The notes under the pieces are model-generated. The model searched no databases and was not told the origin of the DNA. It saw only the letters and a program-made list of their open reading frames with translations. This document shows, piece after piece, positions 47,532-56,939 of a stretch of 64,000 nucleotides of DNA (position 1 is the first letter of the stretch; each line of letters starts with the position of its first letter). The position numbers were made by a program, and so were the translations under genes. This DNA comes from a virus: the IMG/VR virus record IMGVR_UViG_3300045971_000163, positions 32,001 through 96,000 of that record; one strand, given 5' to 3'.

Positions 47532-49622
47532 TTAACCAGTGACTGGCGGTGTGCCGGCAAGCACATTAACAGCATACCTGCCCTTGTTGTAATACATATC
47601 ACCAGTTGTACCGTTAGCATCTGAGCCACCCTGTCCTTTAGCCCATTTATTAGTGCCACCAGCCCCAAGCAAGTGCGCTACTGACAACTTACCTGCTATA
47701 TCATCTGGGCTTGATTCAGATGTAATCGTCTTGGAAGCTTTTAATGCATTAAAGTTACTTTGCAAGTTCACATCCATGATTTTTTCTTGTACATCGTGCG
47801 CAGCTAAAAAGTCTGCTTTGCTGCCAATACCGTCTTTAAGCGGAGTGCCGTCAGCGTTCTGCCAGTTTGCGGGGTTGTTCATACCTTGCAGCGATGTGCC
47901 AGGCTTAACATACCCTTGAGCCGCAAGTGCCTCTGCCCCAAACTGATACTTACCAATGTAGCCCAATGTTGCTTTGCCGTTAACTATTTTAGTGTTATCA
48001 GCATTGTAGTTCATGCCAGACTCTGCTAGGCCCATTTGTGCTTTTAATGCCGTTGTCTGTGCCGCAGTTAGAGAGCCAACTCCGTTTATATTTGGCGGTT
48101 GCATCGCTAATGTAGCTGCGGTTGCTGGATTTCTAATGCCTGCAGAAGTAACTGACGGCGGAACTGGGCTTGATCCTGTTGATATTGGATTACCTTGAGA
48201 ATCTGTTAGTGGCGCACCTGATCCCGTAGACACGGTGTGGCTTTGACCGTGTAATGAGTCGCACGGTTCATGCGTTGGGATTGGCCCAGGCATGGTTGTC
48301 TGTATTGCACTAGATTGCTTCCATTTATATATTGGTGCTGGCTTGGTAGGAACTGTCTCTGGCTGTACTGTTGCTGGGATGGGCGTGGGCTTTGTTACGC
48401 CAGGTGCACCCATAGTATTCAAGTATATTTTACCTGCTTTAAATATTAAGTCGCTATTTGCTCCCCACGATCCAGTTGTTGCAGCTTGTAATTTTAATGT
48501 GCTGCCTGACGACAAATTAGCTTCGCCGCCGTACATATTAAGATTAGTCGTTGCTCGCAAACTCAGTACATCTGACTGTTGTTTAAATTCATTACCAGCA
48601 TGCATGTTTATATTTCGTGCAGCATACATGTTTATGTCGTTATCGGAGTGAAGATTAAAGTCGTTCTTAGTTCTAAAGTTTATATCTGACTCTGCATAAA
48701 AGTGCATTTTGCCATCGTCTGTAAACTCCATCCAAGCAGTACCAGCTGAGTTAGCTATGTAAACAACCTTCTCCGCATCGTTCATCAGAATCTGATGGCC
48801 ACCTGCGGTTCGAAGACGGATCATCTGATCTTTGCCGTTGACATCGCCATCATCTAAGACTACAGAGTGCCCACCTTTTCTGTTTAATACCGCGCTTGTG
48901 TCTCTGTCTTTGTTTGGCCCAGGACGGCCAGGTGTACTAATGCCAAATACTGCACTAGGTGATTCGCGTTGTGAACTACTAGATACTACACCACGAACAC
49001 TATCATCCTCTAAACCTTCGTACAGCAATCTGTACACTAAATCTTCATGCACTGGTTTAGGGATTGTTAAAAAATCACCCCAGCGATCCTTAAATTCAGG
49101 ATTAGAGTCGTTAAACTCTACAACTGGGTAATACCCGGTAGTAAGTGCTGCGGCTAATGCAGTGTCTTTTGGTGCTTGCGGTGGCACCATTGACCCCGCA
49201 ATTGTTGGTAGTCCGTGATGTGTAAGTTCAGGCATAACACACGCAAACCAATATCCCCTATTAATATCACCCGACACAAAAATTGTTAATACAAAGTTAC
49301 CAATGTCAGGCGGTGTCATCCACATTCCGTATGTGTGATTTACATACGGATATTCATTTTGCTCGGGCCGTTGTGATTTATATGTCGGCCATCGTGTTGA
49401 CCCCATATATGGTGATGCATATTGTATTGTTATCCAATGCGATTCTTGATCTTCGACGCCGCCAAAGTCTGGAATGAATACTTGCACACGACCTGACCTA
49501 TTAGGGTCTACATTATTTTTAACTATACCAATATACGGGCCAGGTGTGGAGACCGCCCCTATAACTTTAGTAGGATCAGCCCAACTTGGTACTTTTTTAC
49601 CAATGCGTTTGTCTATTGTCAT
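47532..49622 (-). CDS. gp5: Baseplate central spike gp5-like protein with C-terminal lysozyme-like domain
   Basis: OB-fold DPNRSGRVQVFIP...PPDIG; beta-helix region (RTAGGHQILMND); C-terminal AESG.NY...GYIGKYQFG...AHLLGAGG. Confidence 0.8.
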   Translation of the reverse strand: MTIDKRIGKKVPSWADPTKVIGAVSTPGPYIGIVKNNVDPNRSGRVQVFIPDFGGVEDQESHWITIQYASPYMGSTRWPTYKSQRPEQNEYPYVNHTYGMWMTPPDIGNFVLTIFVSGDINRGYWFACVMPELTHHGLPTIAGSMVPPQAPKDTALAAALTTGYYPVVEFNDSNPEFKDRWGDFLTIPKPVHEDLVYRLLYEGLEDDSVRGVVSSSSQRESPSAVFGISTPGRPGPNKDRDTSAVLNRKGGHSVVLDDGDVNGKDQMIRLRTAGGHQILMNDAEKVVYIANSAGTAWMEFTDDGKMHFYAESDINFRTKNDFNLHSDNDINMYAARNINMHAGNEFKQQSDVLSLRATTNLNMYGGEANLSSGSTLKLQAATTGSWGANSDLIFKAGKIYLNTMGAPGVTKPTPIPATVQPETVPTKPAPIYKWKQSSAIQTTMPGPIPTHEPCDSLHGQSHTVSTGSGAPLTDSQGNPISTGSSPVPPSVTSAGIRNPATAATLAMQPPNINGVGSLTAAQTTALKAQMGLAESGMNYNADNTKIVNGKATLGYIGKYQFGAEALAAQGYVKPGTSLQGMNNPANWQNADGTPLKDGIGSKADFLAAHDVQEKIMDVNLQSNFNALKASKTITSESSPDDIAGKLSVAHLLGAGGTNKWAKGQGGSDANGTTGDMYYNKGRYAVNVLAGTPPVTG

Positions 49623-49623
49623 T

Positions 49624-52600
49624 TTACGGATCTATGTATATTGGTTCTACTGCGTCGGGTGTAGCTGCTGGTGTAGTAGGTGCACTATATTTAATAGGAC
49701 CAGCAGCCTTGAATTTGTTTATTATGTTTTCGCCGCTAGCAATAGCGTTAGTAGCTGTTGGCAGTAGTTTACCAACTGCGTCTATGTTTACTGCTCCTAA
49801 GTTCGAGAATCCTGTGCCTAGTGCCGTAGTTGCTTGCGTAAGTTGTGCTGTTGCTACGTTTAATCCACCCATTGCTGTTCCCGCTGCGTCTTTAATATTA
49901 CCCATAACTGACGGTATATCGCTACCTGTACCTGTTGGAATACTAGTAGGAATCGTTGGGACATTCATCGTAAGTGAATCCATTGGAGTGGTTGCGGTAC
50001 TGGCAGCAAGACGTAAGTCAGACGGGTTAGTGTTAGCTGATGCGGCGTCTGGCCTATCATTAGTCTGATTTTCTTTGTCAATGCCGTCAACCGGCTGCAA
50101 CGCAAACCTCACAGTATTAAGTTCTTGTTCAAACTTACCATTTGAGAATGTCGACACTACTTTTAACACTTTGTACAGTCCAGAGTACACTGATGTTTCG
50201 TAAGTTATTTTCGAGGCGGAAGCCGTTGGATCAGCTAACCCCTTGCTGTTATAATCTACTGGTGTTTTAAACTTCAGTTTAATAAATATCTCGCCCTCGT
50301 CTGTAGCAATGCTACCGTTTGGGGTACGTTGATTTTTAATGTGTATAGTGTCGTAAAACAAGTCGTCCTGTTTAATAAAATCAGGATCACCTACTATTTT
50401 TAAATTTACTTCAAGTAAATCGCCAGCAGCACCCATCATTTGCTCTGCTAGTGATGCTCGGTCGTCCCTAGAGTTTTGTGAAAGTGAAACCATTGATGCT
50501 GGATTAGCTACGTGCACTTGTGTTGAGCTAAATTCAGGCAACACGCCCAATTTGTCTTTTTTAATTTTTACACTATCTTCTGTGGCTTTATAGTTTGGGC
50601 CAGCAGCAGCACTCTGCGAAGGTACTGCGTTAGCTGCGCCAGTAATACTATCTTTATTAGCATTGCCAGAAGTCTTAGCAGTCCAATATAATGCATCAAA
50701 ATTAATTTCAAATTTAAGTATATCTGCGTTTTTACCAGTAAACAAGTATTCATATTCTTTAACCCATCCGCGAGGAGTTCCTAGTGGAGCAAACGCATTT
50801 TCAGTATTATACACTTTGTACGGCACTACCCTGTATATGTACTCTTTGGCATAGGTGTATCTATAATGGTCATACCCTAGAATGTTAATGCGTGGGATGA
50901 TTTTGAACCAGTCTAATGCGTTTTTGTCTGACGCTATTTTTCCAGTGTCAGGGTCGGCTAACTGATCTCTAATGTAATCACTATTACGCAACGCCATACC
51001 AATTACATCAATAATAGTTGTACCACTGTTAATAGACATTACTGCGGATGTTTTGCCATCTGCTATACGACTAGTGATTGCTCCATTTTGCGTCTCGCTA
51101 GCAGGTTTCATTGGAGTAGCACTACCAGACACTGTCTTTGGATCTGGAAATTTTGCGTCAGTCATTTTCGTACTTAAAAACTCAAACTTGATGACATCTT
51201 GAATTTCAACTTTAGATTTTTTAAATAGCTCGTTACGCCAAGCATTCATAGCACCAGCATAACTTTTAACTGTAGCTTTGGCTGGTCTAGTAGTTTCGTA
51301 TTCTTGCTTAAGGTCGTTGATTGACGTTTTGGTATGATTAAGCATCCGCACATCTTCTGGACCGGCGCTGCCACTAGAGATAGAATCTCGTAACTGACCC
51401 TGTAACGCAACTACGTTTTCAGCTTTGGCAGTCACAGCACGTTGAGCATCATACTCGGTCATTGGCTCATCATTAGCCATAAAAAACTCACCGATATTTT
51501 GCGCCATTACTTCGAGTTTAATTGGATTAATGGCTGAACTTGATTCTAAAAATCCACCGTGATTATACGGGAAGGCATCAATGTCGTATGTTGCCCCAGA
51601 CGTAGTAACTTTAGAAACAAACGACCCAAATTTTATTGGGATGCTTTTTGTTATTTCTTTTATTTTCGACGGTATACCATTGTCATCATACCCGTAAAAA
51701 TCAATTTGCAATAGGTATGGCATATCTCTAAAATTTGGAATATGCATATCACGGGCAGCATTGATAAGCCTATTCATAAATGTCATACCGTATGGTTCAA
51801 TGATAGTGAACTTTACCTCTATAGTGTTTGAGTTTCTTGCTTCAGCTGACATGCCAATAACCGTAGTCATTGTTAAATTGTCAAAGAAAAAATCTTCGTT
51901 AAATCGCACTTGCCTGTCAAAGTCCTCTATCCCTCGCCTACCTGCACTGGCAATCAACACATTCTTAGGAACATACTTGCCAGGGTCTGAATTTATTTTA
52001 GCATAGTCCTCAACAGTAAGTGCATGTAAACTTAACCCATACGTGTAAGAAGCATAGTTGTGTAATACATTTTCTGACGGGACTTGATCAGGTACGTTTG
52101 AATCGTTAACTTTTGTTGCTGTATTTGCTTCTAATCGTCGAGTTTCATTTTTATCATACGAGCCGTCATCTGAGCTAACACCCAATCGTTTATTTTCTAG
52201 CTTAGTGTATGAATCATCTACAGATGCGACCCCTAACCTTTTGCTCTCTAAATTATCGTATGAAACGTCTGGCGGAGTAACTCCTAGTCTATTATTTTCT
52301 AATCTGTCATATGATGCATCAGCAACGACTGGCGGTATAGTTGCTGGTGGTTTATCTAAATTTACTGGCGTTGGCTCTGTAGTGTTTACTACTAGTGTAG
52401 GTGCTGGTTCAGTATTGGGTCCAGGTGTGGCTGAGTTTACTTGTTCTCCATTTGGAGACACTGAACTAAGCGTATACATATTTGTTAATTTGTTTATGTA
52501 TCTATGTAACCCCGTTACTGGGTCTATACCAACGTAATCAAAGGCTGCTAAATTCGTAACGTCTGTTGACGTTGCCCTTGCTAACTGATCTTCTAACCGA

Positions 52601-52707
52601 ACCAATGCAGTTGTTGCCAACTTATATCGTATTGAGGTGGGATCTGCACTGGCTAAAATAGCTTTGTTTTGATCTATTTGTGCTTGAATTCCAGATACGC
52701 TAGCCAT
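49624..52707 (-). CDS. Baseplate hub-like tail protein
   Basis: NVLHNYASYTY, FTIIEPYG, PYLLQIDFYGYD, YEYLFTGKN, IVGDPDFI, SGLYKVLKV.STFSNGKFEQ.L; lies between gp53-like and gp5-like genes. Confidence 0.6.
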   Translation of the reverse strand: MASVSGIQAQIDQNKAILASADPTSIRYKLATTALVRLEDQLARATSTDVTNLAAFDYVGIDPVTGLHRYINKLTNMYTLSSVSPNGEQVNSATPGPNTEPAPTLVVNTTEPTPVNLDKPPATIPPVVADASYDRLENNRLGVTPPDVSYDNLESKRLGVASVDDSYTKLENKRLGVSSDDGSYDKNETRRLEANTATKVNDSNVPDQVPSENVLHNYASYTYGLSLHALTVEDYAKINSDPGKYVPKNVLIASAGRRGIEDFDRQVRFNEDFFFDNLTMTTVIGMSAEARNSNTIEVKFTIIEPYGMTFMNRLINAARDMHIPNFRDMPYLLQIDFYGYDDNGIPSKIKEITKSIPIKFGSFVSKVTTSGATYDIDAFPYNHGGFLESSSAINPIKLEVMAQNIGEFFMANDEPMTEYDAQRAVTAKAENVVALQGQLRDSISSGSAGPEDVRMLNHTKTSINDLKQEYETTRPAKATVKSYAGAMNAWRNELFKKSKVEIQDVIKFEFLSTKMTDAKFPDPKTVSGSATPMKPASETQNGAITSRIADGKTSAVMSINSGTTIIDVIGMALRNSDYIRDQLADPDTGKIASDKNALDWFKIIPRINILGYDHYRYTYAKEYIYRVVPYKVYNTENAFAPLGTPRGWVKEYEYLFTGKNADILKFEINFDALYWTAKTSGNANKDSITGAANAVPSQSAAAGPNYKATEDSVKIKKDKLGVLPEFSSTQVHVANPASMVSLSQNSRDDRASLAEQMMGAAGDLLEVNLKIVGDPDFIKQDDLFYDTIHIKNQRTPNGSIATDEGEIFIKLKFKTPVDYNSKGLADPTASASKITYETSVYSGLYKVLKVVSTFSNGKFEQELNTVRFALQPVDGIDKENQTNDRPDAASANTNPSDLRLAASTATTPMDSLTMNVPTIPTSIPTGTGSDIPSVMGNIKDAAGTAMGGLNVATAQLTQATTALGTGFSNLGAVNIDAVGKLLPTATNAIASGENIINKFKAAGPIKYSAPTTPAATPDAVEPIYIDP
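52117..52320 (-). repeat. Four tandem 17-aa (51-bp) repeats D.SYD.LE.KRLGV
   Basis: DASYDRLENNRLGVTPP/DVSYDNLESKRLGVASV/DDSYTKLENKRLGVSSD/DGSYDKNETRRLEA. Confidence 0.85.
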
Positions 52708-52710
52708 CTA

Positions 52711-53013
52711 TTATATCCCCAAGTCTTTAACTAGCGTGTCTTTTGAAGGCAAGTATACAGTGTTACCTGTAATGAAGTCAAACAACGGATCTTTAAGCGT
52801 GTTTGGGTTACGTGCGGCAAATACCCACCACAATGCAGCGTCGCCGTAGATGTCATATGCTAGCAAATCTGGACGTAAGTGATATACGCGGTCGATTTGA
52901 TACAACTTGTCAGACGCTAACTTTGTAATTTTGCGTTTAGCACTTACATCTAAAAAGTTACCGTATAACCCAGTCCCAAAGAATGGGCTTGATTTTGAAT
53001 ATATTGCTGCCAT
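52711..53013 (-). CDS. gp53: Baseplate wedge gp53-like (LysM-like) protein
   Basis: RPDLLAYDIYGDAALWWVFAARN. Confidence 0.78.
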   Translation of the reverse strand: MAAIYSKSSPFFGTGLYGNFLDVSAKRKITKLASDKLYQIDRVYHLRPDLLAYDIYGDAALWWVFAARNPNTLKDPLFDFITGNTVYLPSKDTLVKDLGI

Positions 53014-53990
53014 TATACAAATCCCTTACCAAGTAGTTTTCCTGACGCAAAGTCCCCTAACTTAAACTGAGCTACCGCAGCCCTACTATAGATAGGTTGC
53101 AGCGTAACCTGTATAGTGCTTTGCGTTGGCAGTCTAGTAGAAGTTGCCCCATCAGGTGTCCATACTTCAATATAATCTTTGTCTTCAGGCATAGTATGAG
53201 AAAAACTCTTAACAACGCACGGAACATTTGGAAAATAATGTGATCCATACCCACTGAGTTTAACCATAGGTGGTGGAGTCCCTGCTCGATTATCTTCACC
53301 CCAAAACATTTTCGTTGCTGATCTAAAAAAGTAAATCGCCGCCAATAAATATCTACCTTCATCAATGCTTTGAATTGGAAACTCACCGTTTAATTGAATT
53401 TCACCCACCTCACTTCCTTCATAAAACTGCATCGCATAGTTACTATGTGTCAACGACGATGAATTATACTTCGCAGTATGAGTCATCTGTATAGTTGGTG
53501 TAATTGGGAAGATGACGCCGTCGGTTGCTTTTACTGGTGATAATAACGAGTTGTTAGCATCGTTGTATAAAAAATCTGTTCCTGAAAACAGTGACACTCT
53601 AACGCGCCAGTCAATAGCAGAATCAGTCATTGCCGCGGACTTCCCACTCTGGGCATAATTTACCGGAACTGGTGATCCGGATTTACCTCCGCCTAATAAC
53701 CCGCCAGCTGCCCCGCCTATTAATCCAGCGGCCTGTGCCCTAAGTTTACTTGGGTCTAATGCTCCAGCTAACCCTCCAGCCAATCCACTGACAGCCCCAC
53801 CAATTTTGTCTGTAATAGACGATAACCCCGCCCCTACATTTTGAGCAGTGTCTTTAAACGTAGAAGTAAAGCCCCCTGGAGAAAACGATGACCCACCGGC
53901 TCGCGCAAGGATATATGGGTCGTTTTGATTCGCCCCACCTAATGAACTAGCTTGGCTGAGTGATAGCCCAGGAATGTCGCTTGCTGCCAT
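53013..53990 (-). CDS. Tail tube initiator/baseplate-tube junction protein (gp48/gp54-like)
   Basis: FPITPTI...THSNY...GTPPPMVKLSGYG...NVPCVVKSF; Gly/Ala/Ser-rich N-terminus. Confidence 0.6.
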   Translation of the reverse strand: MAASDIPGLSLSQASSLGGANQNDPYILARAGGSSFSPGGFTSTFKDTAQNVGAGLSSITDKIGGAVSGLAGGLAGALDPSKLRAQAAGLIGGAAGGLLGGGKSGSPVPVNYAQSGKSAAMTDSAIDWRVRVSLFSGTDFLYNDANNSLLSPVKATDGVIFPITPTIQMTHTAKYNSSSLTHSNYAMQFYEGSEVGEIQLNGEFPIQSIDEGRYLLAAIYFFRSATKMFWGEDNRAGTPPPMVKLSGYGSHYFPNVPCVVKSFSHTMPEDKDYIEVWTPDGATSTRLPTQSTIQVTLQPIYSRAAVAQFKLGDFASGKLLGKGFV

Positions 53991-54026
53991 ATGTTTGCCC
54001 TATTGTTAGAAATGGCTAAATGACCA

Positions 54027-54096
54027 TTGCTTTATATATTTATCAATGTTATTATGTACTAGTATTATATCCGGGCGTGTCTGAATCAGATAAATA
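54027..54096. promoter_or_regulatory. Divergent control region with a sigma70 promoter (+), a late promoter (-) and a late promoter (+)
   Basis: TTGCTT(54027-32)-N17-TATTAT(54050-55) with extended TG; ATAAATA on - at 54037-54043; ATAAATA on + at 54090-54096. Confidence 0.68.
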
Positions 54097-54119
54097 CATA
54101 ACAACAAGGCTAACGCTAC

Positions 54120-55106
54120 ATGAACATCAAAAAAGTCAATTATTTAAATAACAAAGACCTCCTTAAAGAAATCCACAAAAGCAAAACAAACTATTGTTCA
54201 TACTCAAAACCAGAATACTCAGATTACGATATCATCATACGTGATTTGTCCGTTATCCCCTCATTACTAAACCCCAAAACTGAAACCCGCAAGGTCGTTG
54301 ACGAAGATACTGAAGAAGTTACTACAGTTACGGCAACATTTCCACCAGAAGCAATGCATGCTCGTGCACTGCGTTTGACTAAGTTACTACAGGCTGAGGA
54401 GTTATTGGGTGGTAAACGTCCAAAATCCGAACTTACTGTTATTTCCTACGAAACGATTAAACCACAAGATGTAGTGTTTAGACTTATGACGTGGGATCAT
54501 ATTCCAGAAGCGCCAAAAGCTGAACCAAAGTTAGCTAAGGGTAAAAAAGCCAAAATGGTTATGATTGACGATGATTCAGACTTGCTGGAAGAGTTAGAAG
54601 AGATTGATTTGCCAGCAAGCCTAGCTACGTCAACGCCAACCAAGTATGTCAAAGTAAATTTCCCTGCGTTCCAGCACTATATCCTTGATGATAACTTGCA
54701 ACCCGTGATGGTAGGTAAGAGCCATTGGAAGGGTGATATTAACACTGGTGCATTTTGTAAAGATCATGGACAGATTACAAATAAGCTAGCAACGATGTAT
54801 ATGAAACTGTGCGATCGCTACGCAACACGTTCAAACTGGCGCGGGTATACTTATAACGACGAAATGCGGGCACAGGCTTTGCTACAGTTAACGCAAGTTG
54901 GTCTACAGTTTGATGAGTTCAAATCTCAGAACCCGTTTGCGTATTACACCGCAGCTATCACAAACTCCTTTATCCGTGTGCTCAATACGGAAAAGCGTAA
55001 TCAAAATATCCGCGATGATATTCTTGAACTTAATAATCTAAATCCATCATATACTCGTCAGGGTATGGGCAGTGCTGTTGGGCACGACGGGGGATACGAA
55101 GATTGA
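54120..55106 (+). CDS. gp55: Late-transcription sigma factor (T4 gp55-like) with a large insertion
   Basis: NYLNNKDLL; ITNKLATMYMKLCDRYATRSNWRGYTYNDEM..QFDEFKSQNPFAYYT..ITNSFIRVLNTEK; adjacent to gp47/gp46. Confidence 0.88.
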   Translation: MNIKKVNYLNNKDLLKEIHKSKTNYCSYSKPEYSDYDIIIRDLSVIPSLLNPKTETRKVVDEDTEEVTTVTATFPPEAMHARALRLTKLLQAEELLGGKRPKSELTVISYETIKPQDVVFRLMTWDHIPEAPKAEPKLAKGKKAKMVMIDDDSDLLEELEEIDLPASLATSTPTKYVKVNFPAFQHYILDDNLQPVMVGKSHWKGDINTGAFCKDHGQITNKLATMYMKLCDRYATRSNWRGYTYNDEMRAQALLQLTQVGLQFDEFKSQNPFAYYTAAITNSFIRVLNTEKRNQNIRDDILELNNLNPSYTRQGMGSAVGHDGGYED

Positions 55107-55117
55107 GCCAATTAAGT

Positions 55118-55146
55118 TTGATTTTACTAACGCAATATCGTAGAAT
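55118..55146 (+). promoter_or_regulatory. Sigma70 promoter for gp47, predicted leaderless
   Basis: TTGATT(55118-23)-N17-TAGAAT(55141-46); ATG starts 7 nt later. Confidence 0.65.
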
Positions 55147-55152
55147 AGGCTG

Positions 55153-56169
55153 ATGTCAAACTTATTTAAAAAAGCAATGTGTTTAACGGATATCCACTTT
55201 GGATTGAAGTCTAACAGTCAGTTGCATAACGAAGATTGTCTCAACTTTGTAAAGTGGGCTGCTCTCAAGGGTAAAGAAGAAGGTTGTGAAACTTGCTTCT
55301 TTCTCGGTGACTGGCACCACAATAGAGCGAGCATTAACTTGGTCACTCTTAACTACAGTCTTGAAGCATTAGAGTTTCTAAGCAAAACGTTTACACAGGT
55401 ATTTTTCATACCTGGCAATCACGATCTCTATTATCGTGATAAGCGTGACATTCAATCTGCTGAGTGGGCAAAGCACATTCCGAATATTAAAATCGTCAAT
55501 GACTTTTTTATTGACGGTGATGTGGCTATTGTTCCGTGGCTAGTTAAGGATGAGCACAAGAAGATTCAAAAGATGGCAGCAAAGTATTGTTTTGGACACT
55601 TTGAGTTGCCGCATTTTTATATGAATGCTCAAATCCAAATGCCCGATCATGGTGAGATCCAGCAAGACCATTTTAAGAACATCGAAAAAGTGTTCAGCGG
55701 ACACTTTCACAAGCGTCAGGAAGGCAAAAATATCAACTACATTGGTAACTGCTTCCCACATAACTACAGTGACGTAGGCGATGACGAGCGTGGGTGTATG
55801 ATTATGGAATGGGGTAAGCCACATGAGTATCATACATGGCCGGATCAACCTCGCTTCCGCATTTACGGACTGTCACACGTTCTCAACAAAGCAGAAATAT
55901 TACTAAAACCCAAAATGCACGTTCGCGTTAACTTAGACATCGACATCAGTTATGAGGAAGCAACGTTTGTTAAAGATACGTTTGCTGATCAGTTCAAACT
56001 GCGAGAAATTACACTTATACCAGTTAAGAAGGATGTCACGGGGGCTGAAGTGCAACCCGGCAGCATAGAATTTTTGTCTGTTGACCAAATTGTTGCGGAA
56101 CAAATAACACAAATCAAGAGCGATCATTACGACCCCAAGATGCTGTTAGAAATTTACAATAACTTATGA
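55153..56169 (+). CDS. gp47: Recombination endonuclease subunit (gp47, Mre11/SbcD-like)
   Basis: TDIHFG, LGDWHH, GNHD, GHFE, SGHFH metallophosphoesterase motifs. Confidence 0.93.
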   Translation: MSNLFKKAMCLTDIHFGLKSNSQLHNEDCLNFVKWAALKGKEEGCETCFFLGDWHHNRASINLVTLNYSLEALEFLSKTFTQVFFIPGNHDLYYRDKRDIQSAEWAKHIPNIKIVNDFFIDGDVAIVPWLVKDEHKKIQKMAAKYCFGHFELPHFYMNAQIQMPDHGEIQQDHFKNIEKVFSGHFHKRQEGKNINYIGNCFPHNYSDVGDDERGCMIMEWGKPHEYHTWPDQPRFRIYGLSHVLNKAEILLKPKMHVRVNLDIDISYEEATFVKDTFADQFKLREITLIPVKKDVTGAEVQPGSIEFLSVDQIVAEQITQIKSDHYDPKMLLEIYNNL

Positions 56170-56939
56170 TTTACCATTATAATCATATATTAGTTGTGGG
56201 CCACCCGGGCGCAGGAACTCGATTTCTTTCTAGTATTTTTAACTATATAGCAAATGCAGCACCATTGCCACTGGTTAATAAAGATACAGGGTCAGTACAT
56301 GGTACTGACGCAAATAATTTATTTTTATGGCCGTCAGATGTTATGTTTGATAGTCTATCAAACATAACTCAGTTCAAGAATAACACCAAAAGACCAAGCA
56401 ATTTCCTGCATTATAACAAGAAGGTTTTTGAAACTCTACAACTTGAGCAGCTTATTAATGACAATTTTGAATTTTTTAACACATCTGTTAAGAACCAGAT
56501 TCTGACCATCTACGCCAATGAGCTTTCAAAAAAAATACCTATATTTTGTTTACGATCGCATGCTCCCACGACATTGTTAACTCAAATTTTACAGTTAACC
56601 AATATAAAGTTTTGGATTATTGAAATACAAGCTGAATCATTAATGGCACGTTGTGCCATGTACGCTTTTGGTAAAATGAAAAATGGAGCAATATTACCAG
56701 AAATGGTACAAAAAGTTTTTGATTATGAGTTACAGCATCGTAATTTCTCAAATATAAGCAACGTTGTAATGCCTAATTTTTCTTTTTCATTTATTTTAAA
56801 TAAAGATATTAACAATATTATGAATTTTATCGATAATACCACACTAACGATAAATTTACACACAACACAAAACCAGATGCATAGCATAAAAAATTTCGTC
56901 AAAGAGTATTGCGAATATCAACCATATATCATAAAATGA
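56166..56939 (+). CDS. AT-rich hypothetical protein, possibly sulfotransferase/P-loop-like
   Basis: N-terminal VVGHPGAGTRFL, later LRSH; ATGA overlaps at both ends. Confidence 0.45.
   Translation: MIYHYNHILVVGHPGAGTRFLSSIFNYIANAAPLPLVNKDTGSVHGTDANNLFLWPSDVMFDSLSNITQFKNNTKRPSNFLHYNKKVFETLQLEQLINDNFEFFNTSVKNQILTIYANELSKKIPIFCLRSHAPTTLLTQILQLTNIKFWIIEIQAESLMARCAMYAFGKMKNGAILPEMVQKVFDYELQHRNFSNISNVVMPNFSFSFILNKDINNIMNFIDNTTLTINLHTTQNQMHSIKNFVKEYCEYQPYIIK

Noticed and set aside
24240-53386. Numerous short antisense or alternate-frame ORFs in the ORF track (e.g. 28233..28844, 35669..36328, 49586..50068)
   Set aside because: They are shadows of long structural genes caused by codon bias, with no RBS or recognisable motifs.
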